Shown here in pieces: positions 26,021 through 41,298 of a DNA stretch of 64,000 nt. Made by a program: the position numbers and the translations under genes. The notes beneath the pieces are model-generated. The model had not been told where the DNA came from. It saw only the letters and a program-made list of their open reading frames with translations, and ran no database searches. This stretch comes from Eledone cirrhosa (Eukaryota), in NCBI GenBank assembly GCA_964016885.1, contig OZ024743.1:114948001-115012000 (forward strand), in the 5' to 3' direction. Position 1 is the stretch's first letter; every line of letters begins with the position of its first letter.

Positions 26021-26837
26021 CGAAAGGTAAACGGCAAGCATCATAGCGAAACGATACAGTGCATATGAATTTGTCGATCGACTTTCGTCAAATCGGACCG
26101 AGGAAACAATGTTTCTGTAGGTCTTTCCAATTGCTAATTTGCTAATAATATCTATCGGTCGCAGCTCCAGGTAGAACGAACAACGTGAAAATAAAGTGTC
26201 CTGCTCAAGGACATAACGCATCGCCCGGTCCAGGAATCAAACTCACAACGTTACGATTGCGAAGCCAGTTTTCTAACCAGTTAGCCATACCTGATGTCGT
26301 ATGAAATGTATTCCTTCATCAGAAAATAGAATCAGCAATAAAATAAAGAAAGAAAAAGATAGGTGAGAGTAAAAAAAAAGGAAGAAACGGCAAAATACGA
26401 GTTGATGTAGCTGAATGTTGAGCGACACATTCGTTTACTTTGGTAAACATAGGCCCCAGCAATATATATATATATATATATTGTTATACTTGGGGAGGGT
26501 CATATTTGTGTAATATTGCCAGAATTAATAACAGAACACACTCATTGACGATGTTGCAACGAAAGAACTTTGATAAACTATAAATATGTGTTTGTGTCTA
26601 TATTGTATCTGTATTATTTTTAACCGTTGGTCAGTCAATGGCAACATTGAGGACCGAATAAATTAGATTACCGATATAAAAGACACAGAAGCGAAAAGCG
26701 AAAACCAACCAAACAGTGAGTGTGTTCTGTTATTAATTCTGGCAATATTACTCAAATATGACCCTCCCCAAGTATAACAATATTTGTTTCGAAACACGAT
26801 TTCATATCAAAAACCTCGCAAAACTAATTCATCGCCG

Positions 26838-26897
<60 letters not shown>

Positions 26898-26997
26898 ATG
26901 TGTGTGTGTGTGAGAAAAACCACAGAGCCTCCATCTCAACTCTACTTTTGAAAAGCAGAACTGCGAAACATTTGCATTTTCGATTTCTTCTTTTTTT

Positions 26998-27043
<46 letters not shown>

Positions 27044-27235
27044 GCGAGATTTGCCTCAAATGTAAGAGCACTGATTTTCCAATGCACGACTTGGTAAAGT
27101 ACCACCTCCTTTATGTATATTGGCGTGTTGGTTGCACGTACATACTTATTTTAAAATGATCAATTGTGTTAGTCGAGAGTTGCAAATTATTACTGTCTAT
27201 GTACAGACGTGTTTATCACCTCTGTTTCTTTTGCG

Positions 27236-27655
27236 ATGCAGGAAACTATTGAACAACGGTACGCGATCAACTTTTCTGTGAAACTCAGTAAATCTGCCAA
27301 TGAAACATTTATTTCTTAAACTCAAGCTTTTGGAGATGCCACCCTATCGAGAAGTAAAGTGTTTGAGTAATATTACTCAAAGATTTCAAAGAGAACCTAG
27401 AAGATGTTGAGAATAAACCTCGTTCTGGAAGGTCAATCTTATAAACAATTGAAGAAAATGTACAAGTTGTGTGACCCAGAGACAAAACGACAAAGTGAGA
27501 AGTGACAAACAAAATATTCTTCTAGTCAAAAGAAAGCTCGCATGAGCATATCCGTGGTGAAAATGATGGTTATCATGTTTACCTCTAGGACAGAGAGTTA
27601 ATCACTCCTTCTACAGAGATGTCCTGGATTGACTTCGAAAACGGATCCAGCTTGC
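27236..27655 (+). mobile_element. Degenerate mariner transposase relic
   Basis: MQETIEQRYAINFSVKLSKSANETF..., then EDVENKPRSGRS; stops and deletions. Confidence 0.75.
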
Positions 27656-30169
27656 TGAAAGCCAATGTGTCAGTTTGTGTCCAGCTACATCTAAATTATT
27701 TAATCATCCATTTGATATATATTGATCGACAAAAAATGATTAATGGTATTTATCTATATTTTCGACTAAAACCCTAGAAAACCGTGCCCCAGCATGGCCA
27801 TCGCCATCTGACAACAACTGAAATCAGTAACGTAATCAATAACACTGTAACCATTCTCAATGTTTTCCAGATAAATTTAATATTTTGTTAAGATGGTTGC
27901 CAAATTTAGCAATTCGAATAGAGACTTCCTTGTTGGTTCCTGAAGTATTTTATAAGGAACAATAGTGCTTTGCACCTTTACACACTCTTTTTTCTCCCCA
28001 CGTCTGTCTCTCTCTATGTATCTCACTTAGTAAACACCACTTTTCGTTTCCCTCTCTCTTTTTCTCTGCGTCTCTTTCTCTTTCTCTTTCTCCCTCTACC
28101 TGTCTATCTCACTAGGTATACTTCATTTTTCTGTCTCCCTCTTTCTCTCTCGTTCTTTCTATTTGTTACTCGTTACCCCATACCTTTTGACTATCTCTCT
28201 ATCCCTCACTCTACCTCACTTTCTTTCTTTACGCCCTCTATCTCTATGTATCTGTCTCTCACTCTATATTACTCACTTTGTCAATCTCTCTTTCTATGTT
28301 TTTACCTTAATTTCCTTCTCTCTCTTTGTCTATTGTTTTATTTCCTTATATATATCCCTCAATTTTTTACTGTCTCTTTCGCCACCTGTTTATTCCCCCT
28401 CTCTCTCTCTCTTTCTCTCCCTCTCTCTCTCTCTGATTTTTATGTTCATAATATCACCCGAGGAGAATCTAATAAACCATTCCTTAGATCACGTTTGTTT
28501 GCTTTATTATCATGGATGAGTAGACAGATTGGTGGGGTGGACAAAGGGGATGCATTCCTTCTTTTTTTCTCCTGTGCAACATTTTCTCATCTTTCTCATC
28601 CTGTTGTAGATTAGATTTTTTTTTCGCATCAATAGCCACTCATAAGACTTCTGAGTGGCTTTGTAAAATACACAAAGAATAAATGGTAGCACCACTTGAA
28701 AGCAACACAACCAAAATACAACGCAATTGATTAAAAAATATCAGCATAAAAGGAACAAAACCCTCCACAAAACAAAAAGAAAAAGAGAAAATATAAAAAA
28801 GAACTGACAAACAAGACAGAATTCACCAAAATTTTAAACGAAAACGAAACGTTGCACAGAATTAGCTCATTTATAACATTATTAACACGGACACTTTAAT
28901 AAAATAGAACTAAAAGATAAAATAAAACACTTCAACATGTTTGTTTTCATACATCGACCTTTTGTATTTATATTAAATATATAGTAGTGTATATTTAGCT
29001 ACATTGATTTACGTTCTGAATTCTCGCCGTGATCAACATTTCTTTTTATCTATCCGGGTTCGTTAAAATAAAATAGCAGTCAATTTACTGTTATTGCGTT
29101 TAAATGAAAAATTATCTTCCTCTGTTTGTAAAAATTATATATCTAGACTTAAAAAAAACAAACAATTTTTCCCAAGTGAGTCTTAATTTAACTACATTCC
29201 TTTACACTATGAGTTCTAACCAGGCCAAGATCAACGTTGCCTTTCATCCTTCCTGGGTCCATAAAAGTATTTCTTATATAGGCACAAGGCCAACAATTTG
29301 GGGGAAGGGGAAAGTCGATTAAACCTACCCCGGTGCGAAATTTATTTTATCGACCCCCATAAGGACGAAAAGCAAAGTTAACCTCGATGGGATTTGAACT
29401 CAGATCATAAAGGGCAGCAACTCTATGCTGCAAAGCATGGTGTCCGACCATCTACTGATATTGCCAATCCACTACCCTTACTGGGTCCATAAAATAAAAG
29501 AATAGTCAAGTACAGAGCTTCGTTTAATCAAGTTTCCCATGCCGTGTACCTAAAATAGAAATTGATAGTCTATAGACTATTTAAACTGTATCCAAATGAA
29601 ATCAATGTTGTATGTATCAGCTTGTCATTGTTTTCGCATTACTGACATAGCACTAAACATTCTGAATAGTTTCACCGGAAATGGTTTCATTATTTCATCC
29701 TTACGGGGTCGATAAAATAAAGTACCAGTAATGCACTGGATAAAAAATTGCTGGCCTTGTGCCTAACGTAGAAACAATTATTTCAAATAAAGTACCAGTA
29801 ATGCACTGAGTAATTGCTGGCCTTGTGCCAAAAGTAGAGACAATTATTTCAAATAGATTATTATACAGCAATGCACGCCTATCTACATTTGGCACCAAAT
29901 TCTATCTGACAAATTTCTATACAAGTCTACCTGATGAATAAACGGCCATTAACCAGTTACTAAGTTATTTGTATATCTTAATTTATTCAAGAGGCAATTT
30001 TGCTAAACTTCCCAATCATGAATCTCTAACTGCGAAATCTGCTATTGATTTGATTATCGATGTGTGGGAGAGGAAGAGTCTGTATTTAGTTGTGTATCTA
30101 TAGTTATGTAATTTGTTTGAATGTGTGCACACACGCAACGAATATCCACATTTATATGTATAAATATAT

Positions 30170-30281
<112 letters not shown>

Positions 30282-30452
30282 AATTAGTATATCTAGTAAC
30301 ATATATATACACAGATGCATACTTATGTTAGCAAATATATAGGTTTTGTCTTAGTAACTATGTGGTTCAATGCATGGGGTTGCAGAACAATAATATGAGA
30401 GACGTAAAATAAGAAAATTATGAAATTAACTTACTTACTTAAATTTCACTCC

Positions 30453-30518
<66 letters not shown>

Positions 30519-30635
30519 AAAGAGGGTGTGGTAAGATACCAGATGAACCATAACTCACCAAAATACCCGATACTTGGAGTAGTAGAGTGGGTAATATGAA
30601 AAGATTCAGGACCCCATGTAGCCCCGAATGTTTTC

Positions 30636-30734
<99 letters not shown>

Positions 30735-30748
30735 TGTTTATACATATA

Positions 30749-31770
30749 CGCATCTCAGCGGCATCAGTCCTCTGTTCAGCGACTTCAATGTTCAGTTTAA
30801 CAGCTGCAGGCAGGGACTGGAACAGGTCATTGGACCATTCGCTACAGCTCGGAAGACCACAGACACTGGCAAACGGCTGCTACTGTTCTTCACTGTGAAC
30901 GGCCTGAGCGTTTGCAACACCTACTTTTAGCTCAAAGTCATCCACAAGGCTACCTGGCAGTCCTCGGACAATAACACCAGAACCGAGATCGATTATATCA
31001 ACATTAGGCAGCACTGGAGATCCTCGTTACGTGATGTCTGAGTGTATAGGAGTGCAGACGTTGGCTCGGAACACCATCTGCTGTGAGCCGGTCTACATGT
31101 GCACCTGTAGAAACGGATACAGCAAGAAAAGCCGAAACCGTATGCGGTAGAGAAGCTGAAAGGACCTGGCAGGATGTCGCAGTTCCAACTGATGCTGCGT
31201 AACTAATGCCAGCAGCTGGGGGATGCAAGAGACCTGGAGAAACAGTAGACACTATTTACAACTGCGTTAACTGAAGCAGCGCATGAGGCTGTGGGAAGAA
31301 GATGCGCAAATAGGAGAGAGCGGAGGCTTCATGAACTAGTTTAGGAACGGATTGATGAGCGGGAAAAGGCAAAACACGAAAAGGACACCGTCAACAGATT
31401 GTAACAACTGGCGTGGGATCACACTGCTGTCGGTTCCAGGCAAAGTGTTCAGCACTATGTTGCTACGGTGGCTACGAAATGATGGGGACTTTATGATCAG
31501 AGAAAAACAAGCGGGTTTTTGAAGCAATCGCTCGTGCGCTGAACAGATCATTACACTGCGCAACATCATTGAGCTGGACGAGGTCAATCACTTCACATAC
31601 CTTGGCAGTATCCTCAGCAACATTGGCGACAACATGCAGTTCATCATCTTCATGATTGGAAAGGCGACCAAGGTGTTCGAACAGATGTACTCGATTTTCT
31701 CAAACGCAGCCATCAGTACGTTCACCTAGCTGCGCTTGTATATCAGCATTGTACCTCCCACGGTCATCTA
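30749..31770 (+). mobile_element. Internally deleted RTE-type LINE relic
   Basis: [25 protein letters not shown]; CNNWRGITLLSVPGKVF; QAGF..RSCAEQIITLRNIIE joined to VNHFTYLGSIL. Confidence 0.85.
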
Positions 31771-31777
31771 CACACAT

Positions 31778-31831
<54 letters not shown>

Positions 31832-32023
31832 GTATATATATATATATATATACATATATATATGTGTGTGTGTGTGCGTGTATGAGTGTGTGTGTGTATG
31901 TGAGTGAGTGTGTGTGTGTGTATGTGTGTGTGTGTGTGTTTATTCATTTTATTATACAAATGTCCTCAACAGGACTAGAACTGTTTCATTCGTAAAAAAT
32001 CGCAATTATATATATATAAATAT

Positions 32024-32133
<110 letters not shown>

Positions 32134-32139
32134 TGTATA

Positions 32140-33617
<1,478 letters not shown>

Positions 33618-33621
33618 TATA

Positions 33622-34492
33622 CGAGGTGTTTCAGAAAAGTTCCAGGACTGATGTCACAAAAGATTTATTTCAAACCCAAACTTCACACTAAGAGTTTTCT
33701 CCTTTAAAGTAATCCCCGTGGCGTCTAATGCACTCTTCCATCCTTTTCTGCCACGCTTGCATGCACTCCTGGAAGGATTCTTTGGGATCCTCCGCAGTTC
33801 CGACCTCACGGCCTTTTTGATCTCGTCCACGTCTTCAAAACGGGTCCCCTCCGGGTCTTATTCGAAGATCCATGGCTCATCACCGGTGATAACTGTCCTT
33901 AGCAAGTCTGGTTCGATTTCAAGACGCTCGAGGATGTCCTGACACACTTGCATGCGTCGACCCTTCTGGTCATCGTTCAGCAGTTTTGGCACCATCTTCG
34001 CGCAGATTTTCCGCATGTCCAAATCTTCAGTGCCATCAGTCGAACATTCAGCCGACGATCGCTACGTACCATCTGCCTGACGCGTTCAATGTTGACCTCA
34101 GTCCTGGTTGTTGAGGGCCTTCGGACCCTAGGGTCATCTTCCAGGTCCTGCCGCTGTTCATTAAACCTCTTGCACCACTCAAAAACACGTGAGCCTGACA
34201 TCGTCTCATCTTCATACACTTGCTGCAACAATCCCAGTGCCTTTGCCGGAGTTTTCCCCAACCCTACCAGAAACTTCAAGTTTGTTCGTTGGTCTGTGCT
34301 CATTGCTTGACGACCTGAAACAGAGGGCATGTATATGAAATTATGATGAAAAAAGTTTGATCGTTGCAGAGTGCTAAGATTAGTTACATACTCCAGGCGG
34401 GTTACTTTGAAGGAGAAAACTCTTAGTGTGAAGTTTTGGTTTGAAATAAATTTGTTGTGACATCGGTCCTGTAACTTTTCTGACACACCTCG
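33622..34492 (-). mobile_element. Internally deleted mariner element with about 95-bp inverted ends, inserted in (TA)n
   Basis: TA|CGAGGTGT...ACACCTCG|TA; QRTNLKFLVGLGKTP..VFEWCKRF..DDPR..RPST, KMVPKLL, ITGDEPW, then fused to GTRFEDVDEIK..GDYF. Confidence 0.95.
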
Positions 34493-34544
<52 letters not shown>

Positions 34545-34548
<4 letters not shown>

Positions 34549-35617
34549 GCTTTGGTAGGGTCATGTTGCCAGTTGCTTTCACTCCAATTTATTATAAATT
34601 AAATTCATAAATATATGAATTTATAAATTTCCGATTGTTTGGTTGGTTCCATAAGCGGACGGTTGTTCATATATTGTCAAAGTTCTTTCTTCACACATTC
34701 TGTGACCTCTTCAGTGACTGGGGATTCATTTCTTTGTTTTTGTGCCTCTCCTTTGTTCTGTCCTACGCCATCTTGTTTGTGTGTGTGCTGCGTGCTTAGT
34801 TTGCGCATGTGTTACATCTGGGTGTCTGTGTGTGTTTATATTTGTTTATTTATTTGTTTATTTGCATGCTAGTGGTTGGTTGTTTGTCTATGTGTGTGTG
34901 TGTTTTCATTTTGTCCTTAATTGTAAGTTGTGATGTTGCCATTCCATTTATGTTTTCTATTTAATTTTGGTTGGAGTTCATTAATGTTTATTGCCTCTGT
35001 GATTTTTTTAAACATTGCGTCTTTTCTGTGTGTAGATTCTATTTTTATTTCTATGTTCTCTAATTTGCCCTTATGTTCTATTTTAGCATGTTGGTGGAGT
35101 ATTGATGATTCTTTTTTATCTTGAAGTTCTCGCCAGTGTTCATTTAACCGTTTCCTATACTACGAGCTGTCTCACCTATGTACACTATATTCTTATCTTT
35201 ACATTGTCCTTCAGTACATCTTATGATATATACTACATTTCTAGTTTTACAGTTAATATGGGGGCTCAGTTTACAGATTATACATTTATTATCTATACAG
35301 GGAGGTCTTTGAAAAGGGTATGTATTGTTAATAAGTGTTTTTTATGGAGGTACCTGGTCTTTCTACTATCTTAATATTAAGTTTATGTTTATCTAGAGCC
35401 CTTCTAAATTTGTAAGCTAATTCACCTCTAGGGGTTGTATTGATGAACATTACACTCTGGTATTCATTGCTCTCATACCATGAGTTTATTCTATTAACCT
35501 TATTCCTAGTTCTTTCTATTCTATTCCAAAATTTGCTCCTATACAAGCGGCAGGTCCCATTTGTATCATTATTTACCATTTTTTTCCCATTTGGCTCTGG
35601 CTCCTCTATATACTCTG
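34545..35617 (-). mobile_element. 5'-truncated Penelope-like element (second family) with GIY-YIG, 3' UTR and hammerhead
   Basis: VMFINTTPRGELA..IKIVERPGTSIK..PF..NCKTRNVVYIIRC....C....VYIGETARS; 5' end folded back as palindrome 35577-35655. Confidence 0.85.
34676..34718 (-). ncRNA. Minimal hammerhead motif (family G); relative at 26542-26572 (+)
   Basis: guca CUGAAGA gg ucaca gaaug uguga a GAAAG AA CUU ugac. Confidence 0.65.
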
Positions 35618-36464
35618 AGTATATAGAGGAGCCAGAACCAAATGGGAAAAAATGCTAACACATAACTCCCTCCCCCATTTCTACTAACTGAATCATTTTC
35701 CTAGACACACACACAAAAAATATATATATTCTCTCCATCTTAACATGCTAACCATACTCCCACACACACACACACACATATAACACCCATGCAGACACAC
35801 ACACAACTCCCTCCCCTATTTCTACTAATAGAATCATCTTCCTACACACACACACACTTACACACACACACACAGACCAGCACACAAATAAACATACATA
35901 TCTCTACTTTCTTTATTTTAATAGCTAGTCTGAATTTTGACACCCGAGCACACCAGCCATATGCACTGAACCAGTTTTTCTTGACCATTATCTTTTGTTT
36001 AGAACAAAATTCTATAAATGGCTGCAAAAAAATACCAAAATGCGGGCGCAAAATTTAATGTACTTGTTCACGTGACAGTCATAATTTAATTTATAACCAA
36101 TCAAATTACATTTATAAAAAAAAGCCTTCGTGAGCCACTTTTTTTAAACTAAAAAGAAATTCAAACACAAACTGGCGCGACAGCTGATGTGCTTATTAAC
36201 GTGACTGCATCAACCAACCAAACTTCACTCCTATATGAAAAACAATCTGAGCCTCCCTTTTTTTTGAAGACAAACATAATAAGAACTTTGTAAAGCGAAC
36301 TGGCGCGAAATGTATTATACTTATTCACCTGACAGTCATCAACCAACCAAATTACTTCTCTAAAAGCCTAGCATTTCGAGCCACATTTTTCAATATAAAA
36401 CCGAAGTAACATTCAAAGACCAACCAGATGTGAGAAAAACCACAAACCCTCCATCTCAATTCTA

Positions 36465-36501
36465 CCTTTGAAAAGCACAAGAACTGCGAAACCGGTAAAG
36501 G
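36465..36501 (+). ncRNA. Minimal hammerhead with U3-A8 core variant in left pLTR; second copy 40952-40988
   Basis: UUGAAAA gca caagaac ugc GAAAC CG GUA aagg; palindromic ACCGGU; stem I weak (about 3 bp); about 160 nt upstream of ORF start. Confidence 0.6.
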
Positions 36502-36661
36502 AACCAAATAAATATAAAAAAAAAAGACTCCAGTGGCATTTTCGATTTCATCTTTTTTCCTTATACTTTCACATGTGTAGGACACCTCGGTTTTTTTTTC
36601 ATTTCTTAAAAAAACCTCACTTTCTAATACATAATACATACCCACCACACTAAGACCAAAA

Positions 36662-39600
36662 ATGCCACCAAAATCTCAACAAAACGACAACGCACTGAAC
36701 CAGGACATATTAAATGAACTCAAAGAGATTTCCTCCAAACTTTCAATGTTGACCAACAAAGTGGACCAAATACATATCTATAAAAAAGGACCCCATGAAG
36801 AACCATAAAATACCCAATAGACGAATATTACTCCAGCATTAACTAAACTAATCTAAACCATTGAAACAGCAATGCTCCAAAAGCTGGAACAACCATAAGA
36901 ACCAAACCTACGAGATGTCCAAACACTCTAATCAATATATGGACTCAAAACCTCAGAGCACGCAAATTCGCCTTTTGGAATCTCCTAAAAAATAATGGCA
37001 AGGTAGACATATATGAAAAGTGGCTAAACTCTACCCCAATCATCCACCCCAAAGACTCCAAATAAAACCCACCCCAAATGAACCAGAAAACCAACAAAAA
37101 CTTAGGGAAAATGTGGCGTTAGAAAAGTGTTAAATAGAAATAGAGCTGTTGCGGTTAAGAGCCAACCCCAACGAAGAAAAATTCAAGTCACTCGCCCAAC
37201 AGATGGAAAGAGAAATTTCAAGGCACTCTGAAGGCCTACTCTATGAAAAAACCTTAAAACTTTGGAAAGAAAATTGTCAGGATTGTGGGAAAAAAACGCC
37301 ACCTGGTTCAAATACTACAAAATGGATTTCATAAATGAACAAGATACAGGTAATCCATATTTAAAGCAAACTAAAACTCACACACCACACTCACAACAAA
37401 TAACAACAAAAGTAACAAAACGTCCAACATACCCCCAGCAAAACTATGACGATAATCCCAGAACCCATAAAGAAAATTATAATCCTACTAAAAAAATCGA
37501 ATGTGCCCCATCACAAAACAGGACCCGATCCGCAGATCATAACCCACACACAACCTATTCCAAAAACCGTAGACCTCAACCTACACATAACCTGTTTCGA
37601 AAGCGTAGATCCCAACCCACACAAAGGAACAAAATCTACAACCTGGACCATCAACAAACCGAACCTCAATACGTCCGAAACTTCTATACAAGACCACACA
37701 ACGACAGGGGAAATGCCATTAGATATAATAATACCCACGATAAAACAATCCAGAAAAATAACCCGGTGGCACAATCCAGAAAAATAACCCGGTGGCACAA
37801 ACCAATTTTTAAAAACCGAAAATAATCAACCTTTCAAATACAAAATTCTCAGCCCAACAAATTAAAATTCCCTCCAAAGGACTGAAATTCACACAAACAA
37901 CACAATACTCTAACCTCAATGGGATAAATGACGATATCTCACACTTCTGTAGAAAATTACGTCTCACAGAGGAATATTTTGACAAGGAGAATAACGACCA
38001 ATCAAGTGTACGGAATAAAAACAGCTACAACCCAACAAAGGGTAGGAACAGAGTTCTGGACAAATTTTGTGACCACATAGCAACTTTCCCATACCATGAA
38101 CTACTGCAACCTAAACCCAATCCCAACACCAGTCGAAAGGAATGGGAGATTATCCATGAACTGAAAAACAATACCGACATTATAAAAGCAGGAAGACTTA
38201 ACTTAAAAGGAACGCGATTATTTAACACATTTTGATTACAAAACCAGCTACCTTTACGAACTTCCTAAGATCCACAAGTGTAACATAATTAACGATGCTT
38301 GTAAACAATCCACCTCAATCTGCGTGAACACACAATACCCCACAGACGTTAAATTAAGACCAATTGTAGCGGGCCCACAATGTGAAACACACATACTAAG
38401 AAACTTTATAGACATACTACTAAAACCAATTCTCAAATACATACCGAGCCTTGTAAGAGACGATCTGGACCTCTTAAACCACCTCCCCAAACATGTCAAC
38501 AACGACACTATTGTTGTGTCTTTCGTTGTAGTGAATCTTTACACAACGATCCCACTCCAATACGGACTAGAAGCAATAGGATTCTGGCTAGAGAAATATC
38601 CCAATGAGATACCTGATAGAATAGAAAACAGCTTCATCACCAAGGGATTAAAATTTATTTTACAGAACAACTTTTTTGATTTCGATGGCAGTAGTTACAA
38701 GCAAATATCGGGGACTGCGATGGGTACAAAAGTCGCTCCAACTTATGCCTACTTAGTCGTGGCATACTTGGAAGTCCAGATATATGAACAGTGTAAAGAA
38801 AAATACGGATTGAACTTCCACAAATATTTATCAGAGAATTGGAAACGCTACTTGGATGGTTGTCTCATACTTTGGTCTCACACACTCTACCAACTAAATG
38901 ATTTCAAAAATTTAATTAACGGTATCAATAACGACATCCAATTCACAATGGAATACAGCCAAGATCAACTCCCATTTCTGGACATCTTAATCATAATAAA
39001 AGACACAAATATTGAAACTGACATACACTACAAACCAACAGATTCCAAGCAATACCTGTAATTCACCGCCAACCATCCAAAGCACACGAAGACGAACATC
39101 CCTTTCAACCTAGCAATAAGAATTTTCACAATTATCTCCAATTATGAAACGCGAAATATAAGACTTCAAGAATTAAAGGAAATTCTACTCGAAAGACAGT
39201 ATCCACCATTACTAATAAATAATTGTTTCTACTTTTGGCACAAGGCAAGCAATTATCCAGTGCATTGCTGGTACTTTATTACTAATAAATAATGGAATAG
39301 AAAGGGCTAAAGCAATAGGCATTGATGAATTACGAAAACAGAAACAAATTCAAGGTACGTCCAAGATTCTATCATATATCTCAACACACAACCCAAGAAA
39401 TGTGGAAGCTTACAACATTATTTACAAGAACATCCCACTATTGAAACAAAACCCAAGAATGAAAAAAGCCCTTGAAACATACACAATAATCAAAAGCAAA
39501 AGATAATCGAAATCACTAAAATCATTACTCACCAATTACCTACAACAAACCCACAACCAGCTGTCAAAAAATATGGTCGCTGTAATTGTGGAATCTGCAC

Positions 39601-39965
39601 TCACCTCATTGAAGGCAACACGTATACATTTCAATCAGGACAAAATGTTGCTGTAAAAAATCACTTCACTTGCTCATCAAAGAATCTACTTTATGCCATT
39701 AAATGTAAAGGATGCAATGAAGATTATATAGAACAAACTACACTCACACTCAGAACAGAATGAACATTCATCGCCAACAATTACGAGACCCTACCATAAG
39801 ACAGATACCACTCAGTGGACATCTAGACATATGCGCAAGTAATAAGACACCAAAATTCCATGTCTTCCCATTTTATCTTTGCGCTGACAATACACAGAAC
39901 AAATACAAATAAATAAGGAAAATATGTTTATTCAAAAATATAGACCAGAATTAAATATAGTTTAA
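36662..39965 (+). pseudogene. Disrupted PLE polyprotein (N-terminal extension, RT, Zn finger, GIY-YIG)
   Basis: IINLS..KGLKF, KIHK..LRPIVAG, SFVVVNLYTTIP, QISGTAMGTKVAPTYA, WKRYLDG, LPFLDI, YKPTDSKQYL, GRCNCGIC..CSSKNLLYAIKCKGC..YI, ending FIQKYRPELNIV*. Confidence 0.92.
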
Positions 39966-40271
39966 TATACATTATGTCAACACCATAACATGCTAACCAT
40001 CCAAACAGACACATACATACACTCACAGAACACCTTCTATTTTCGAAAATAAAAACCAGAGCTAAATAAACCTTAACATATGTTAATACTCTTAACATGC
40101 TAACACATAACTCCCTACCCCATTTCTACTAACGGAATCATTTTCCTACACACACAAATATATATATATTCTCTCCATCTTAACATGCTAACCATACTCC
40201 CACACACATATAACTCGCATACAAACACACACACAACTCGCTCCCATATTTCTAGTATTAGAATCAGCTTC

Positions 40272-40331
<60 letters not shown>

Positions 40332-41224
40332 ACACCAGCACACAAATAAACATACATATCTCTACTTTCTTTATTTCAATAACTAGTCTGAATTTTGATA
40401 CGCCAGCACACCAGCCATATGCACTGAACCAGAACAATTCTCCCCATCCCGTTTTTCTTGACCATTATCTTTTGTTTGGAACAAAATTCTCTAAATGGCT
40501 ACGAAAAAATTCCAAAACAGGGGCGCGAAATTTAATGTACTTGTTCACGTGACAGTCATAATTTAATTTATAACCAATCAAATTACATTTATAAAAAAAG
40601 CCTTCGTGGGCCACTTTTTTTTTAAGTAAAAAGAAATTCAAACACAAACTGGCGCGAAAGCTGATGTGCTTATTAACGTGACTGCATCAACCAACCAAAC
40701 TTCACTCCTATATGAAAAACAATCTGAGGCCCTCCCCCCCCTCTTTTTTTTTGAAGGCAAACATAATAAGAACTTTGTAAAGCCAACTGGCGCGAAATTT
40801 ATTATACTTATTCACATGACAATCATCATCAAACCAAATTAGTTCTCTAAAATCCTAGCATTTCGATCCACTTTTTTCCATATAAAACAGAAGTAACATT
40901 CAAAGACCAACCAGATATGAGAAAAACCACAAACCCTCCATCTCAATTCTACTTTTGAAAAGCACAAGAACTGCGAAACTGGTAAAGGAACCAAATAAAT
41001 ATATTTTTTTTTAAAAAGACTCCAGTTGCATTTTCGATTTCATCTTTTTTCCTTATACTTTCAATCGTATAGGACAATTCGTTGATTTTTTATTTTTGTA
41101 AAAAAACCTCATGTTCTAATTTATATATAAATATATAACGAAGGAAATGTGGTAAGGAACCAGATGGACCATGACGCACCGAAGTACTCAATACTTAGAG
41201 TAGTAGAGTATATATATAAGTAGA

Positions 41225-41298
<74 letters not shown>

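Larger units (their letters stand above)
35654..41119 (+). mobile_element. Near-complete Penelope-like element (Neptune-like) flanked by about 1-kb direct pseudo-LTRs (35654-36628, 40098-41119)
   Basis: Direct repeats align over their length; internal RT plus C-terminal GIY-YIG. Confidence 0.92.

Noticed and set aside
27970-28614. 214-aa hydrophobic ORF
   Set aside because: Product of a CT-rich low-complexity tract.
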